Source: Fimbriosthenelais zetlandica (Eukaryota). From it: a stretch of DNA of 64,000 bases. Of the stretch, positions 48,601-59,629 are shown one piece after another (the first letter of the stretch is position 1; the number at the start of each line of letters is the position of its first letter). The translations under genes were made by a program, and so were the position numbers. The DNA lies in contig OZ365112.1 of the NCBI GenBank assembly GCA_977030845.1, forward strand, positions 9,176,001 through 9,240,000, given 5' to 3'. Below the pieces are notes generated by a model that saw only the letters and a program-made list of their open reading frames with translations, searched no databases and had not been told where the DNA came from.

Positions 48601-51600
48601 ACTTTCCTTCCCTCTCACTAAACCTGTCCTCCTGACTCCAACACTGAGACCCTACTCACTTTCAGACCATGTGACTCTCATTTTATTTTTCCCTATTTTC
48701 CCTGAAAGATTCCTCGTAAATGACACCATTTTCTGCTTTTAAGATGAAAAAACTGTTACGATAATTTACGTACGTTGTGCTCCAAGCAGTGTTAAGTTGT
48801 CATTAAATGCTGGGAATGACCGTCATTATGGTTTAGTTTCACAGAAAAAAGGGGTCTGCTTTCTATTTTGCCAAAAAGAAATTGCCATTGACACTAAGCA
48901 TTGGTTCCCATGATACCGTTGAAGAATTTAGTAACATTGAGTCAGTGATTCTCAGGATTTTAACTTTATTTTCCACCCAAATTAAATTTGACGATTATAT
49001 CGATAGAGGGGAATGTGGAGTGCCCCTTTAACTTGCCCTACAGTGGAATTTCGAGATGCTCGAGATAAACAATTCTGGACAATTTTATTTCAAAGACCAC
49101 ACTCACAAAAATGGTTTGGGCTAGGATTCTGAATTATGTTTCTCACTGAATAATTTAGAAATTCTGAAAAATGCTTAGTTATAGACAGTAGTGACCACCA
49201 AAAATTATTTTGTTTTGGAGAGAAATTCGACAAGGAAATTCCAGAGTGCCCCCCACTGATAGCTCCCCGTCTCATCCTCTAATTTGTGGAAATGGAAACC
49301 ACATTGTGACTGTCCTGTGGTGTAGAATCACTCCTTGTCATCTTCCCCAGTGAATCATTTCTTTATAGACGTATCAGAGATTCTTCACAATATGTTTAAC
49401 ACTTGTGAATTACCACTATGTCCTGTCTACCATGAAAACATCAAGTTTTTCTTTGAAGTTTGTGGGAGCCGAAAAGAAATAAAAAGCTTCGTGGAAACTG
49501 GATTAGTTTTAATCGACTTTAGTTGTTTTGTCACAGAATACTGATAATATTCTCTTGTTTTTGAAACAAAAATATTTTATTGATGAGATAAATTGCAAGT
49601 ACCAATGGTAGGATCTTGTTTGGAGACTGGGTTCTGTGTAATGCTAAACCCCCAGACTGAAAAACATGTCATGAATTTAAAAACAAATCCCGGTAGACCT
49701 TTCCCATGAAAGTATCTGTTTTCTTTAAACTATGTGGAAAGTTGACCGAAATCTGAAATACAACTTTCTATAAGAGCGTTTCTGAATTACTGAATAAACG
49801 GGGAATTGGTCTATTATTGGACTTTAATTAACATTTTTGTCAGTTTATGAGGTGCGATGATACTTCAATGTAGGCCTATAATCAACTTAAGGTGGGAAAA
49901 TAGGGTGGTCCAGACATGGACTTAATTGTTGTTAATAAAAGAAAGATGGGTGCAGCGATGAAAAGAATAAAAGGCCAGACAAGACAGGGTCATTGCTTCA
50001 CATTCCAATCCGCCCTCTCTCCTTGACACCGTCTTGTTCCCATAGCAACAAGCCCCTCCCCCTTACCTCACCTTAACGCCTCGATGTTACCAAGGTGATA
50101 GGCCCCGCCCCCTTCATGTCAAAATACGTCTATGGTAGTGCCCCCTAGTGGGAGTGAAGGGAAGCAATGACCTGTGACTGGAGGTCAAATCAAGGTCACA
50201 ATCCTGGGGACTAGTTTGTGAGAAAAGTTAAAAAGAAAAGTCCAATGTACGATTTTAGGTGCTTTTAGTGACCACTTTTACCATAGATTACATGAGATTC
50301 TGATCCAAGAATTAGAAATACAGATCCAAAAATATTTCTGACACCATTTAAGTTCATCTACATCTTAACTTTAACTCTTATGATCCTTTAAAATCTGAAT
50401 TACCTACACTGTAATTTAGTTTTTGTCTCACTTATTTTCAGCTGAAATGTACTGTCATTAAAGTTTCAATTTTCTATATTTTCAGTGTATGTCAGCTCGC
50501 GATATTTTACTGGCTTTCCATGTCCAGTACGAGGATGGCATCACTCCGGCTAAATTCCTGGATCTCTGTCCAGCCATGGTAAGCCACTGACTAAAAATTA
50601 GTTGATATAAAAGTTAGTAGACAAAAATTAGGTAGTAGACCATAAAAATCAGTTATCAGTTCATATACGCTTTAGGTGAAAAACAGTAATGTTCCTACTA
50701 ATCCTGACTGCAAATTGCTAAAGAAAAAATGTTGTGTCACTTTTTGCTAAAAGAAATTTGTTGTTAGAGATAGTCCAGTTAAACTTTTCCGTTTTTATTT
50801 TTAGGTGTATCAAATTGATAGACACGCCTGTCACGGAGATGGTCACGCCCACTCTGATCATGACCACGCCCACAACAAATCTCTGACTGGCCTCAATCCA
50901 AGTATCACTGATCCTATAGGTGAGATATCATTCATTCTCTCATCACCTCTCAATGCCCCCATCTCCATTCTCTTTGAAGAATGCCTTGCGACACACCTGT
51001 AGAAAATCGCAAGATATCGCGGTGACGCAAGGGATGAAATCCAGTGAAACTAATAGAGTTTAGACCTGCATGGGTGCCCTGGCTTGCGACACTACTGCGA
51101 CAATGGTAGATAAATGTGATGCAAGTCTCGCAATGAAGAATATGCCAGTGGAAGACGGCCTTAAGAACTCTTTTAACCGTAATTTATGTTTTTATAACCC
51201 TGTGCTCTATCACACCCTGCCTTTTTCCATGCCCCCAGCTCTCCCTTCTCTCACCTCCCTCCCCTCTCTTTCCCTCACCTCTCTCTCCTTTCTCTCACCT
51301 CTCCCTTATCTCTTTCTCTCACCTCTCCGGATCTTTTATCCCGTTAAATGATTTGCACTGACCTCTATATTGAACCTAGCCATGGTCACCTGCCCCCTTT
51401 TTGTTGCCATGGTTACCTTAATGATACCCTATGACAGGTCCTTTTCATGGGTCAGGTTGATCCTCTAGCTTTATTTGTCCAGGCGGTCAAGCTCGTTATG
51501 ATCGGTCAGTGCTTCCTGTAGATCGGGGTGCGTGACTGACAATATACAGTTAAACCTCGCTATATGAGGGCCCGGTATCAGAAGTATTACAGCAATTGGT

Positions 51601-54600
51601 TTTAGCCATTTCGTGGCCATATACTAGTGAGATGGTTGCTTTTATGAATATAGCCTAAATGAAAACTTTGATTAAGCCATGAGTGCTGCCTCATCGAGAT
51701 GGTCCTAAAGTGAGATAGTAGTTTGTATTTAATGTCTTCTATCTAATGTCTTCTAATGTTTTAATTTCTTGTCTTCAGTTTGGGGTTACGCCCTGGCGTC
51801 TGTGACAGTGATCAGCTTGGTGGGGTTGTTGAGCGTTGCCATGGTTCCCGTACTACAGAAGGCGTTCTTTAACCATATCGTACAGTTCCTGGTGGCCCTC
51901 GCTATAGGCTCGCTGACCGGCGATGCCTTCCTTCATCTCATTCCACACGTACGTACAATCTTTTCAAAATGTATCCTTCTCCATCCAATCCGGGTTCATC
52001 AAAGGCCGTCCATGTCTCCCACAGCGTGTTTCCTAGTTTTTGAGTGGACTAGAAATTTGTCCTTTTAGGCCTATAGCTGAAACGTTACGGTGATGCCTGT
52101 GTCGTAATAAAATTTTAAAAATATAGTTGAAGTGACTAAAGTAAAAATATAGTTGAAGTGACTAAGGCCTTACGATTTTTCATTGCGACACAACCCCTTG
52201 GTCGCATTTGTGTCAGAAATAGATTTCTCTTAGAAATAGAATCGTAGAGAACATTCTACGAGCAGTCTAAGGAGTTTTCTTGCGATTTTATTTTCTACGA
52301 GACTTGGCCAGCGAGCCCTCGCTGAAGTTATGCAACAAAGGGATAGACATAACTTGGCGTAATCTAATTTCGAAACGGTTCCAAACTGCATGGTTTTTTC
52401 CTTGTATGTTACAGTCGCTGGGTGCTGGTCACTCTGAGGGTGGTCATCATGATGAGAGGGAGGATGGACATCACAGTGACGAGGGTCACGGTCATCAGGA
52501 TGCCGTATGGAAGGGTACCGTGGTACTATCTGGGATCTACTTCTTCTTCCTCATGGAGAGATTCATGTCAGTGTACCAACAATGGAACGTCAACCGAAAG
52601 AAAAAAGTACAGGTCAGTCTAAATTATTATTGCAAAATTATTTCCCGTTAAAATGATTTCATAGTTATTTCAAATTTGTTTATTTCCCACGAAAATGGTT
52701 ACGCGATAGTTCATGTTATTCCAATATTTTATTTTAGAATTATTTACCCACGCAAAATATTACCGTAAGTATCATTGTATGGGTAACATATGGTAACCGT
52801 ATTCAAAACTCAAATGATGGGAAAATAAAGTAATACTGGAACAATAAATATCTACAAGGAATCAAGGGATAACGAGGTCTATTTCCTCTAATAGGTGACT
52901 GGTTGCATGTCAATTATCTATTACTACATTAGTTTCCCAAAAAATCCTGAAATGGCATCAAGACTAGCATGCATGTAAAATATTTCATGGACTCAATAAA
53001 CCCAGTCCATGATAGGAGATGACCTATCGCCAGGCCCAGTATGTGTATGATTGAGTTAGTATTTGTGAATCAAAAACATGATTCTGACATTTACTGATCC
53101 TGATTCACATTAAGTGGAATCCTTCACATCTTACCTAGAATCGTTTAACACTTAAAGTAGGACCTATCAAGCCAAAATATTGAGAATAAATCTTATCGAT
53201 TGTCTCTTAATTTTGATAGCACCTCCTGAATAAATATAGTTTTATCAACAAAAAATATTGACACTTCTGGCTCAAGGGTTATTTTAGATTCTTGACTTAG
53301 TGCAGCCCGGGCCTTGTATTAAACATTTTTACTATTTATCACAAAGAAAATTCTTATATTCATAAAGTTTTCGGCTGGGTTCAGCTCCAAAGAAGTGATT
53401 GCCTTCAGACCCAATTGAGATTTTTCATGTCTAGTTATCAGTCCATCGCCTTAGCGTAGACAAGACGCAATATCAAGCCCTATTAATATTACATGTAGGC
53501 CTATATCACAAGCAAAATTTGTAAAATTCTTCAGTCAGGGGGTTGCCCCTTTGATTGCATCCTCCTTTCCCTGATCAATTCCCTTTTCGGAAACTTGCAC
53601 TTACAAAGTACATCTTCTACTGATATTATATTTCAACACCGCTTTTAAAAATGATTTATTAAATCTAGCCACGTCTGGCCTGAGCAGTCCAGATTTCATG
53701 GACTTAACATGACTTATATGTTTACATATGTATGCAAACATTCCCTGAAAAACAGCATCTAACATGTCAGAAATATGACCCCAAACTTTTATCCCAGCTC
53801 TGATATTAGATTACTTCTTCCCACATTTATATCCATTACCTCGGATCACAGATCCATTTGGGTATTATCCAACAATTCAATGAACTGGGTTCACTAAAGA
53901 AACCCTGATATAAAGTGCACAAGTTCCCTATTATAATTTCCTTCTCACCCTACTTATTTTCCCCATTTGTTTGACTTCAGCTCAGGAGGAAGAAATCCAA
54001 CAAGCCCCGCAGACAAAGTTGGCGCTTCTCAGCGATTGGTCAAAAATTGTCAGAATATGACAAAGTGGCGTTCTCTAGTGAGGATGTGGGGAACCTCACT
54101 AGGAAAGGTTGGTAATATTATTCTTTGTTTTATTCGAAAAACCACATATTTTTACATTTTCCTCCCTTTCAAACTTTCATTCTGTTTCTTTCGCCTTGTT
54201 TGGCTATCCCAAAAATCTTAACCTCCCATGTTATGGCATTGCGGAATGAGGGGAAACAGAGGGGAATTAGCTCAAAGGTTTTTTGTTTTATTTTGATTTA
54301 ATCAAATTAATAATGACCTAAGTCAAGTATATGAGCATGCTGGCTGTCTCCTCCTGCCCCTGACCCATGTGATCTCTGGCCTGGTTTAGTCAGCCTTCCC
54401 CTATCTGACATTTACAATTCTCCTCCAACTGGTATTATGTCACGCTTTTCTAAATTAGCTGAATGTGACAAATCTAAGAGTTTATATTTAGTTCAGATTC
54501 AGTTATATTTGCCTTATTCGGGATTTCTTGTCCTATAAAAGTTTTACTGTCAAGAAGGGAGCCATAATATTATGTGATATTTTCGAAGGAATTCTCTAAC

Positions 54601-56506
54601 CAAAAATACCGCCAATAACTAACTAAATCTCTTTACTACCAACAGAAGCAGCTTTTCTAGAGGAGACGCTGGAGCTGAAGGAGCTGGAGCAAAGTTTTCG
54701 TGACGAGCATGATCACGGTGATCATCATGGTCACAGTCACGGTCATGGTCACAGTCACGGTGGAGGGCCGGTCGTGTCAGCCTCCATCGCCTCTATAGCC
54801 TGGATGGTCATCATGGGGGATGGCCTCCACAACTTCAGTGATGGTCTCGCTATAGGTCAGTTGAAATTTTCATTTTCCTCTAACTGGAATATTATAAACT
54901 GTCTCCAGTCAAAGACATGGACAAGGCCAGCCAATGTCTAGGGTTAGAGGCCAGCCATGTCTTCCACTGTCTGTGGTGAGATGCATGTAAAAGGCCTGCC
55001 ATTTCTTCCACTGTCTGTGGTGAGAGGCATGTAAAAGGCCAGCCATTTCTTCCATGTCTGTGGTGAGAGGCATGTAAAAGGCCAGCCATTTTTTCCACTG
55101 TCTGTGGTGAGAGGCATGTAAAAGGCCAGCCATATCTCCCAGTTTCAGTGATGAGAGACCAGCCGTATCTCTGACTTTCTTTGGTGAAGGCCAGCCATGT
55201 CTCCCACTGTCTGTGGTAAGAGGCTATCCATATCTTCCATTGTCTGTAGTGAGAGCCAGCCATCAGAATTTACTGATCATATTTCGTATAATAATAAAAT
55301 TACGTATTGTTTCAGGGGCATCTTTTGCTAACAGTCTGACTGGAGGTTTGAGTACATCAGTAGCTGTGTTTTGTCATGAATTACCTCATGAATTAGGTAA
55401 GAAAATCTTCATCACTGGTCTTGAACTCTTATGGAAAGTTATACTCTGTCCCAAGCAATAATAAAACTCAGGATATCAAGAAATGAAACCCAGGATATCT
55501 ACAAACTGCCTTGCTGGGAGTGAGTATTACTTTTATAAATGAATGAATGAATGAACGAACTTTAATGCGGACTCGTCTACATACAAAAAATTACATATAG
55601 GGGTCCATAATGACTAAGAGAACATAGATAAGAAAACAAAGAGGTTTGTTATACCAAGTAATATAAATGTTTTTTGTTTGTTTTAGGTGATTTCGCAGTG
55701 TTGCTCAGGTCGGGTATGAGCGTCAAGCAGGCCTTGTTTTATAACATCGTGTCGTCCGTGCTGTGCTTTGCTGGGATGGTGATCGGGGTGGTGGTGGGTA
55801 ATGTAGGCTCAGCGTCTCTCTGGATCTTCGCCATGACAGCTGGCACATTCATCTATATATCACTAGTAGACATGGTGAGTATTTTTATAATATATTATGT
55901 TATTACCTCTGATGGTATTGATCAAGTATTGTGAGTTTAAGGGGGTTTTTATTGCACAGTTCGGTTGGTATAGCGGGTCTTCCACATGTACAAAAACTAT
56001 TCAGTTAATTTAAAGGATAAAGTGAAAGATCGTCAATATCTTTATTTGAAATGGAGGAATTCCACCCAAGGGGATTGAAATTAATTTTACCCTTTCGTTG
56101 CCTTCAACCTCCTTTTTCATATTCCCTAAAAATTCTTAAGATTTCTTATGGGGAAATCAAACACCGCTCGTCATTTCCCCACTACCCCCGGTATCTCTCA
56201 TAGACTCGCGTTTGCCCTCAGAATATCAATCTTGAGGACGATACTGCGGTTATAGATCTTTCAAATGGAGACTGCTATGTGTACCTTTTCCTGCCAAAAA
56301 TGTAGATGAATATCAAAAGTAACTTGTTGCTTAATATTGCTTGATGTTTCTCTTTGCAGTTACCAGAGATTAATACAGAAGGTGCTACCACAGCCTGTTC
56401 CAAGCTGACCATCATCATCCTACAGATACTGGGAGCTACACTCGGTGTCACTATCATGTTACTGATAGCCTTATACGAGGACAAAATTAAAGTCCCGATA
56501 GACTGA
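24737..56506 (+). CDS. SLC39A10: LIV-1 subfamily ZIP zinc transporter, paralog 2 (ZIP10/ZIP6/foi-like), 811 aa; exons 24737-25843, 50486-50578, 50805-50919, 51779-51948, 52415-52612, 53981-54107, 54646-54855, 55316-55396, 55687-55874, 56360-56506
   Basis: Exon sum 2436 nt, open throughout; signal peptide; [28 protein letters not shown] ectodomain motif; CPAMVYQID (CPALLY-type motif); [14 protein letters not shown]; HELPHELGD; ALYEDKI near the C-terminus. Confidence 0.93.
26575..26812. mobile_element. TA-CAGT-type MITE, family B (AAAGCGACCATCTC subrepeats)
   Basis: Ends ggtcgcattagtgagaatcgactgta; the same terminus occurs near 40473-40498 and 41085-41111. Confidence 0.65.
27068..27128. mobile_element. 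Tiny Harbinger-like MITE (GGCCTGTTTCATAA-type TIR)
   Basis: ggcctgtcttcgtaa ... ttatgaaacaggcc; the same right TIR occurs near 35244 and 44590. Confidence 0.45.
31310..31395 (+). repeat. Deu/Nin-type SINE core fragment
   Basis: gccagccatgtctgttgtgagaggcatgtcaaaaaaccattgctgctgccattcaaaagagc; further pieces at about 41365-41430 and 41870-41945. Confidence 0.55.
34420..34740 (+). repeat. Tandem array of a 71-74-bp unit (about 4.5 copies) from the family B MITE interior
   Basis: TAAAG(C/A)(G/A)ACCATCTC recurs at 34424, 34495, 34569 and 34641. Confidence 0.85.
34968..35332. mobile_element. Two abutting Harbinger-like MITEs
   Basis: gggcccgattca ... ttatgaaacagg-a-gcctgtttca ... ttgaaagaggcccc. 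Confidence 0.45.
35902..35993 (-). mobile_element. Internally deleted family A MITE
   Basis: agcctggaatac ... gagaatcggataagtgttttccaggct; TSD TAT/TAT. Confidence 0.8.
36340..36638. repeat. (CT)-rich low-complexity tract; similar tracts at 23470-23570, 47485-47760 (GA-rich) and 48185-48470
   Basis: Direct reading; these tracts explain the Ser/Leu ORFs in the ORF track. Confidence 0.95.
40880..41111 (+). mobile_element. Family B MITE with about 3 internal 75-76-bp subrepeats
   Basis: TAAAGCGACC-like motif at 40901, 40977 and 41052; terminus gtggtcgcataatgagatactactgta. Confidence 0.7.
43053..43101. repeat. (CTCA)n microsatellite
   Basis: About 12 units read directly. Confidence 0.95.
44960..45115 (+). 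mobile_element. tRNA-headed SINE with Deu/Nin-type core (5' portion)
   Basis: B-box ggttcaattcc (45010-45020) followed by cccagtgctgtaactgggatatcaaaagccagccatgtcctactgtctgtagcgagagacatgtaa, which resembles the Deu/Nin conserved domain as I recall it. Confidence 0.6.
46580..46665. repeat. 20-bp minisatellite, about 4 copies
   Basis: atgggtagtcatggtaaagt-like units in tandem. Confidence 0.8.
50486..50578 (+). CDS. SLC39A10: ZIP paralog 2 exon (CMSARDILL...LCPAM)
   Basis: ttttcag acceptor, gtaagc donor, phase 0/0. Confidence 0.9.
50805..50919 (+). CDS. SLC39A10: ZIP paralog 2 exon ([10 protein letters not shown]...)
   Basis: ttttag acceptor, gtgaga donor; completes the CPAMVYQID motif. Confidence 0.9.
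51779..51948 (+). CDS. SLC39A10: ZIP paralog 2 exon TM1-TM2
   Basis: VWGYALASV...AFLHLIPH; 170 nt. Confidence 0.95.
52415..52612 (+). CDS. SLC39A10: ZIP paralog 2 exon TM3
   Basis: [12 protein letters not shown]...[14 protein letters not shown]; donor gtcagt. Confidence 0.92.
53981..54107 (+). CDS. SLC39A10: ZIP paralog 2 cytoplasmic loop exon
   Basis: ttcag acceptor; [26 protein letters not shown]...RK; donor gttggt; phase 0/1 fits. Confidence 0.8.
54646..54855 (+). CDS. SLC39A10: ZIP paralog 2 exon, His-rich loop and TM4
   Basis: [18 protein letters not shown]...[13 protein letters not shown]; exact acceptor ambiguous (tandem NAG). Confidence 0.92.
54923..55265 (+). repeat. 44-bp intronic minisatellite derived from the SINE core
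   Basis: Four near-perfect ggccagccat(g/t)t(c/t)ttccactgtctgtggtgagaggcatgtaaaa units plus shorter degenerate units. Confidence 0.9.
55316..55396 (+). CDS. SLC39A10: ZIP paralog 2 exon TM5 (HELPHE)
   Basis: 81 nt; ttcag acceptor, gtaaga donor. Confidence 0.95.
55687..55874 (+). CDS. SLC39A10: ZIP paralog 2 exon TM6-TM7
   Basis: [16 protein letters not shown]...IYISLVDM; 188 nt. Confidence 0.95.
56360..56506 (+). CDS. SLC39A10: ZIP paralog 2 last coding exon (TM8)
   Basis: LPEINTEG...[17 protein letters not shown]; TGA 56504-56506. Confidence 0.92.
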   Translation, partial: LPEINTEGATTACSKLTIIILQILGATLGVTIMLLIALYEDKIKVPID

Positions 56507-59500
56507 CACAGACCTTACACATAGACTGACACAAACCTTACACATAGACTCAAACACTTAACACTTTAATCAGTGACTCTTCACAAACTTTCCAAGACCT
56601 CAAAAACTGCAGTCGATGGCAAGGATACAAAAACCTCATAATTATACTGCAGTCAGTGCTTACTTTGGAAATTACCGCAGAGACTTTGGAACTGCAATGT
56701 GTGAAAATCTTGGGAACTCAAAACAGTCTATGGAAAATCTTGGGAACTCAACACAGACTTTGGAAGATATCCCAATGACAATCTGCAGTGCATCCGAGCT
56801 TTGAGCTCAAATTGCAGTGAGAGACTTCTATACTTATACGGTAACATAAACCTAACATGCTGCAAAAATGAAGAAATCCACTGCCTTCCTGCCAGAAATC
56901 TACTTATCTACTGGCAGTATAGGCCTAGCCTATCTCAGGGTATTCCTTCCTTCCAAGCCACCATCACTCCCAAGCTGCTTCAAGTCCTTATCAAATCCTC
57001 AGCACCTGAAGAATATCTCCTGCTGTCTTTAATAAATATGTATGTTTTGACATTATTGTATAGAACGCTGAAACATGCTGATTATTTAATTTGACCTGCC
57101 AAATACTGAATAAGATGCTCAAATATAAAAGTGAGCTGCAAGGGTTCACGGTGGCGCCCCCAATGTTTTGTTTTCGGAACTGTCCTGTCAACTGTCTTGT
57201 CAACCCATTGGATTTGACAAGACTCCTGGACACCGTTTCATAAAGTGGGTCGATTTATGAAACACTTGTAACACTCTAAGGTCGTTGTACAACAGAGCTT
57301 TAGCAACAGCGTGTATAAATATTCCAAACTGAATGCATACAACTACTACATCTTTATGATGTATGTCCCAGCTTGTGATTCCATGTATGAAATGCTCAAT
57401 ATGTGATATTTATCTCATGGGGGTTTAAAGGGTTTAAAGTTGCCAGTATGGAGAGTATTAATATGTTTAGAGATCTGTTTAAGAAATCCTGTACAGTAAT
57501 GAATTGTATATTTTGTTCATTGATTTGAAGTTTTGACATGACCCTGCACCACTACGACTTGCACAATAGAGATTATTTGCTTGCTGCTGATGACTTAAAG
57601 TACATCTACAGTAGTCTTTAGTAAATATTTAAATGTATATATAGATTTTAATTTCTATATTTGTTAGTTTCTTCAACAGTTCCATGTATGGTAATGTAAC
57701 AGTCCCATGAACGGTAATGTATGAAAATACACTAGTCTCAAAAAAGCGACCATCCTGAACTAATTCTGGTATTATATCGGGATGGTCGCTTTAGTGAGTC
57801 TATCTTAATTGTGTTAAACACGGTTGGTTTTGTTCATTTACTGTTCTCACAGTAAGTTTTAACCGTAGTCCATTTCTTAATGGCGTTATAATCATTGAAT
57901 TGCTTCTGAGCATTAGTTGTCGTGTTGAGAGATAGTCACTTTCGTGAGGTGGTTGATTAGCGAGGTTCCACTGTAGTCGGTTTTAGATGTAAAGTTAGGC
58001 CTAAGTCTATGGCTTCTTGATATATTCAGTTCTCATGTCATAACTCGGTTTATCCTAATTATAGTCCCAATATTTGTGAGTTACCGGTATTTTATACTTC
58101 AGTTTATCAAATTGCGTATTATTGTTTTTCCTCTTTGTGAAGGCGGGCTCTAACTTTGAACCGGAGCTTTTGAATTTTATAATGAACGATGGTCAAGATA
58201 TTATAAGATATATCTCTATTTTTATTTAATTTATGCCTCTTGACAGGCTTTAGTTCTACCTAAAATAGGATTTATATAATCAAGACAATTATTGAGTTAT
58301 GGATATTAGCTTTAGTTACCGGTAGCTTATGTGTTAGTTCATCAATTGTTTTTTTCTCTTTGAGAGGGCTTAGTTGTATCACAAGGTGCATTCCATATTT
58401 TGAAATGAGGATACGGGGCATATATATTTTACCTGGAAATATATGTTTTAATTATTATAGGCCTCACTTTTATATTAACTTGTAGGCCTATAATACTGTA
58501 AAACCTACATTAACGGACACTTGGGCTGTGAAAGCTTTCACCCAAAGAAAATTCAACTTTGAAAAGCGTTCACTGTATGGAGGTGTTCCCTGATCAAGGT
58601 AGGAGCTGTGAACGATATACCTGGAGAACTTGGGACTGAGAAAAGCGTTCACTATTCAGAGGTGTTAATTTGTTTTTTTATCAGAGGTGTTCGTATATTG
58701 TGGTTTTATTGTATTTATACTATTTTGGTCGTTCATGTTCTCTAGCATGAACTCCAGGACTTCCAGGTCATCGCATGAACTGCTATACAATTGATATATT
58801 CTTACTGAGTTATTCTACCAACAATCTTTATAAATTTCAAATCAAGTAGAACATCTTCCCAGTGCATAATGAAAAATGGTGAAATGGTGCAAAACGAAAA
58901 GTAGAAAAAAAGTTTTTAGGTAGTGTAAAATGTATAGCTTATAAAAGATTATAAAAAATAGGTTATAAAAAAACTATTTTTAATTGAAATATTTTTAATC
59001 GGGGTCAACTGTAAACTGTCACCGCCCCATCTTACTCAATTTCATTTTCAGATGTTCATTGGTTCATTGGCAATTACAAAAGCAGACTTGTACAGGGAAT
59101 TTCACTGCCAATTGAATTGCAAAGATAAATGTTCAAGAGAAGCAAGTCCCTGTTTATATTGTAAATTGTCCTCGCACTTGCTCTCTTATTGCTCAAAGAG
59201 CCTACAGGCCTACTTTTGATAGGTCTAGTCTACAGGCCTGCAAAGGTATTCAATTGATATTGAAAATAAAATGAAAATACGTCAGAAGTTCTTTTGTTGT
59301 TGATAGGATCTACGTTAACCCTGTAAAAATGTATAAGGCCCTATCTTAATTTTAAGCCTGACTTGGAAATTCCACTAATCTATCATCCAAAATGTTAAAA
59401 TTTGTCCAAGTAAACTTGGGAAACTTAAAGAGACGCGTCTGATAGCCTATAGATCCGCTCTACTGTTTAATTCTGAACATAGTGATTCAGCCGTGCCATG

Positions 59501-59561
59501 GGCGGTTCAGGCTAAATTTGAAGTGGATGTATTGTAGTGACGTCAAAGCCACAGGGAGCTT

Positions 59562-59629
59562 GTGTTCGTGGTATAGCCTAGAGGTAAGACACTCGCCTGG
59601 AACACGCGAGACCGGGGTTCGATTCCCTG
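59562..59629 (+). pseudogene. tRNA-like head in left foldback arm
   Basis: A-box tagcctagaggtaagac, B-box ggttcgattcc, GGA in the anticodon-loop position; no acceptor stem. Confidence 0.6.
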
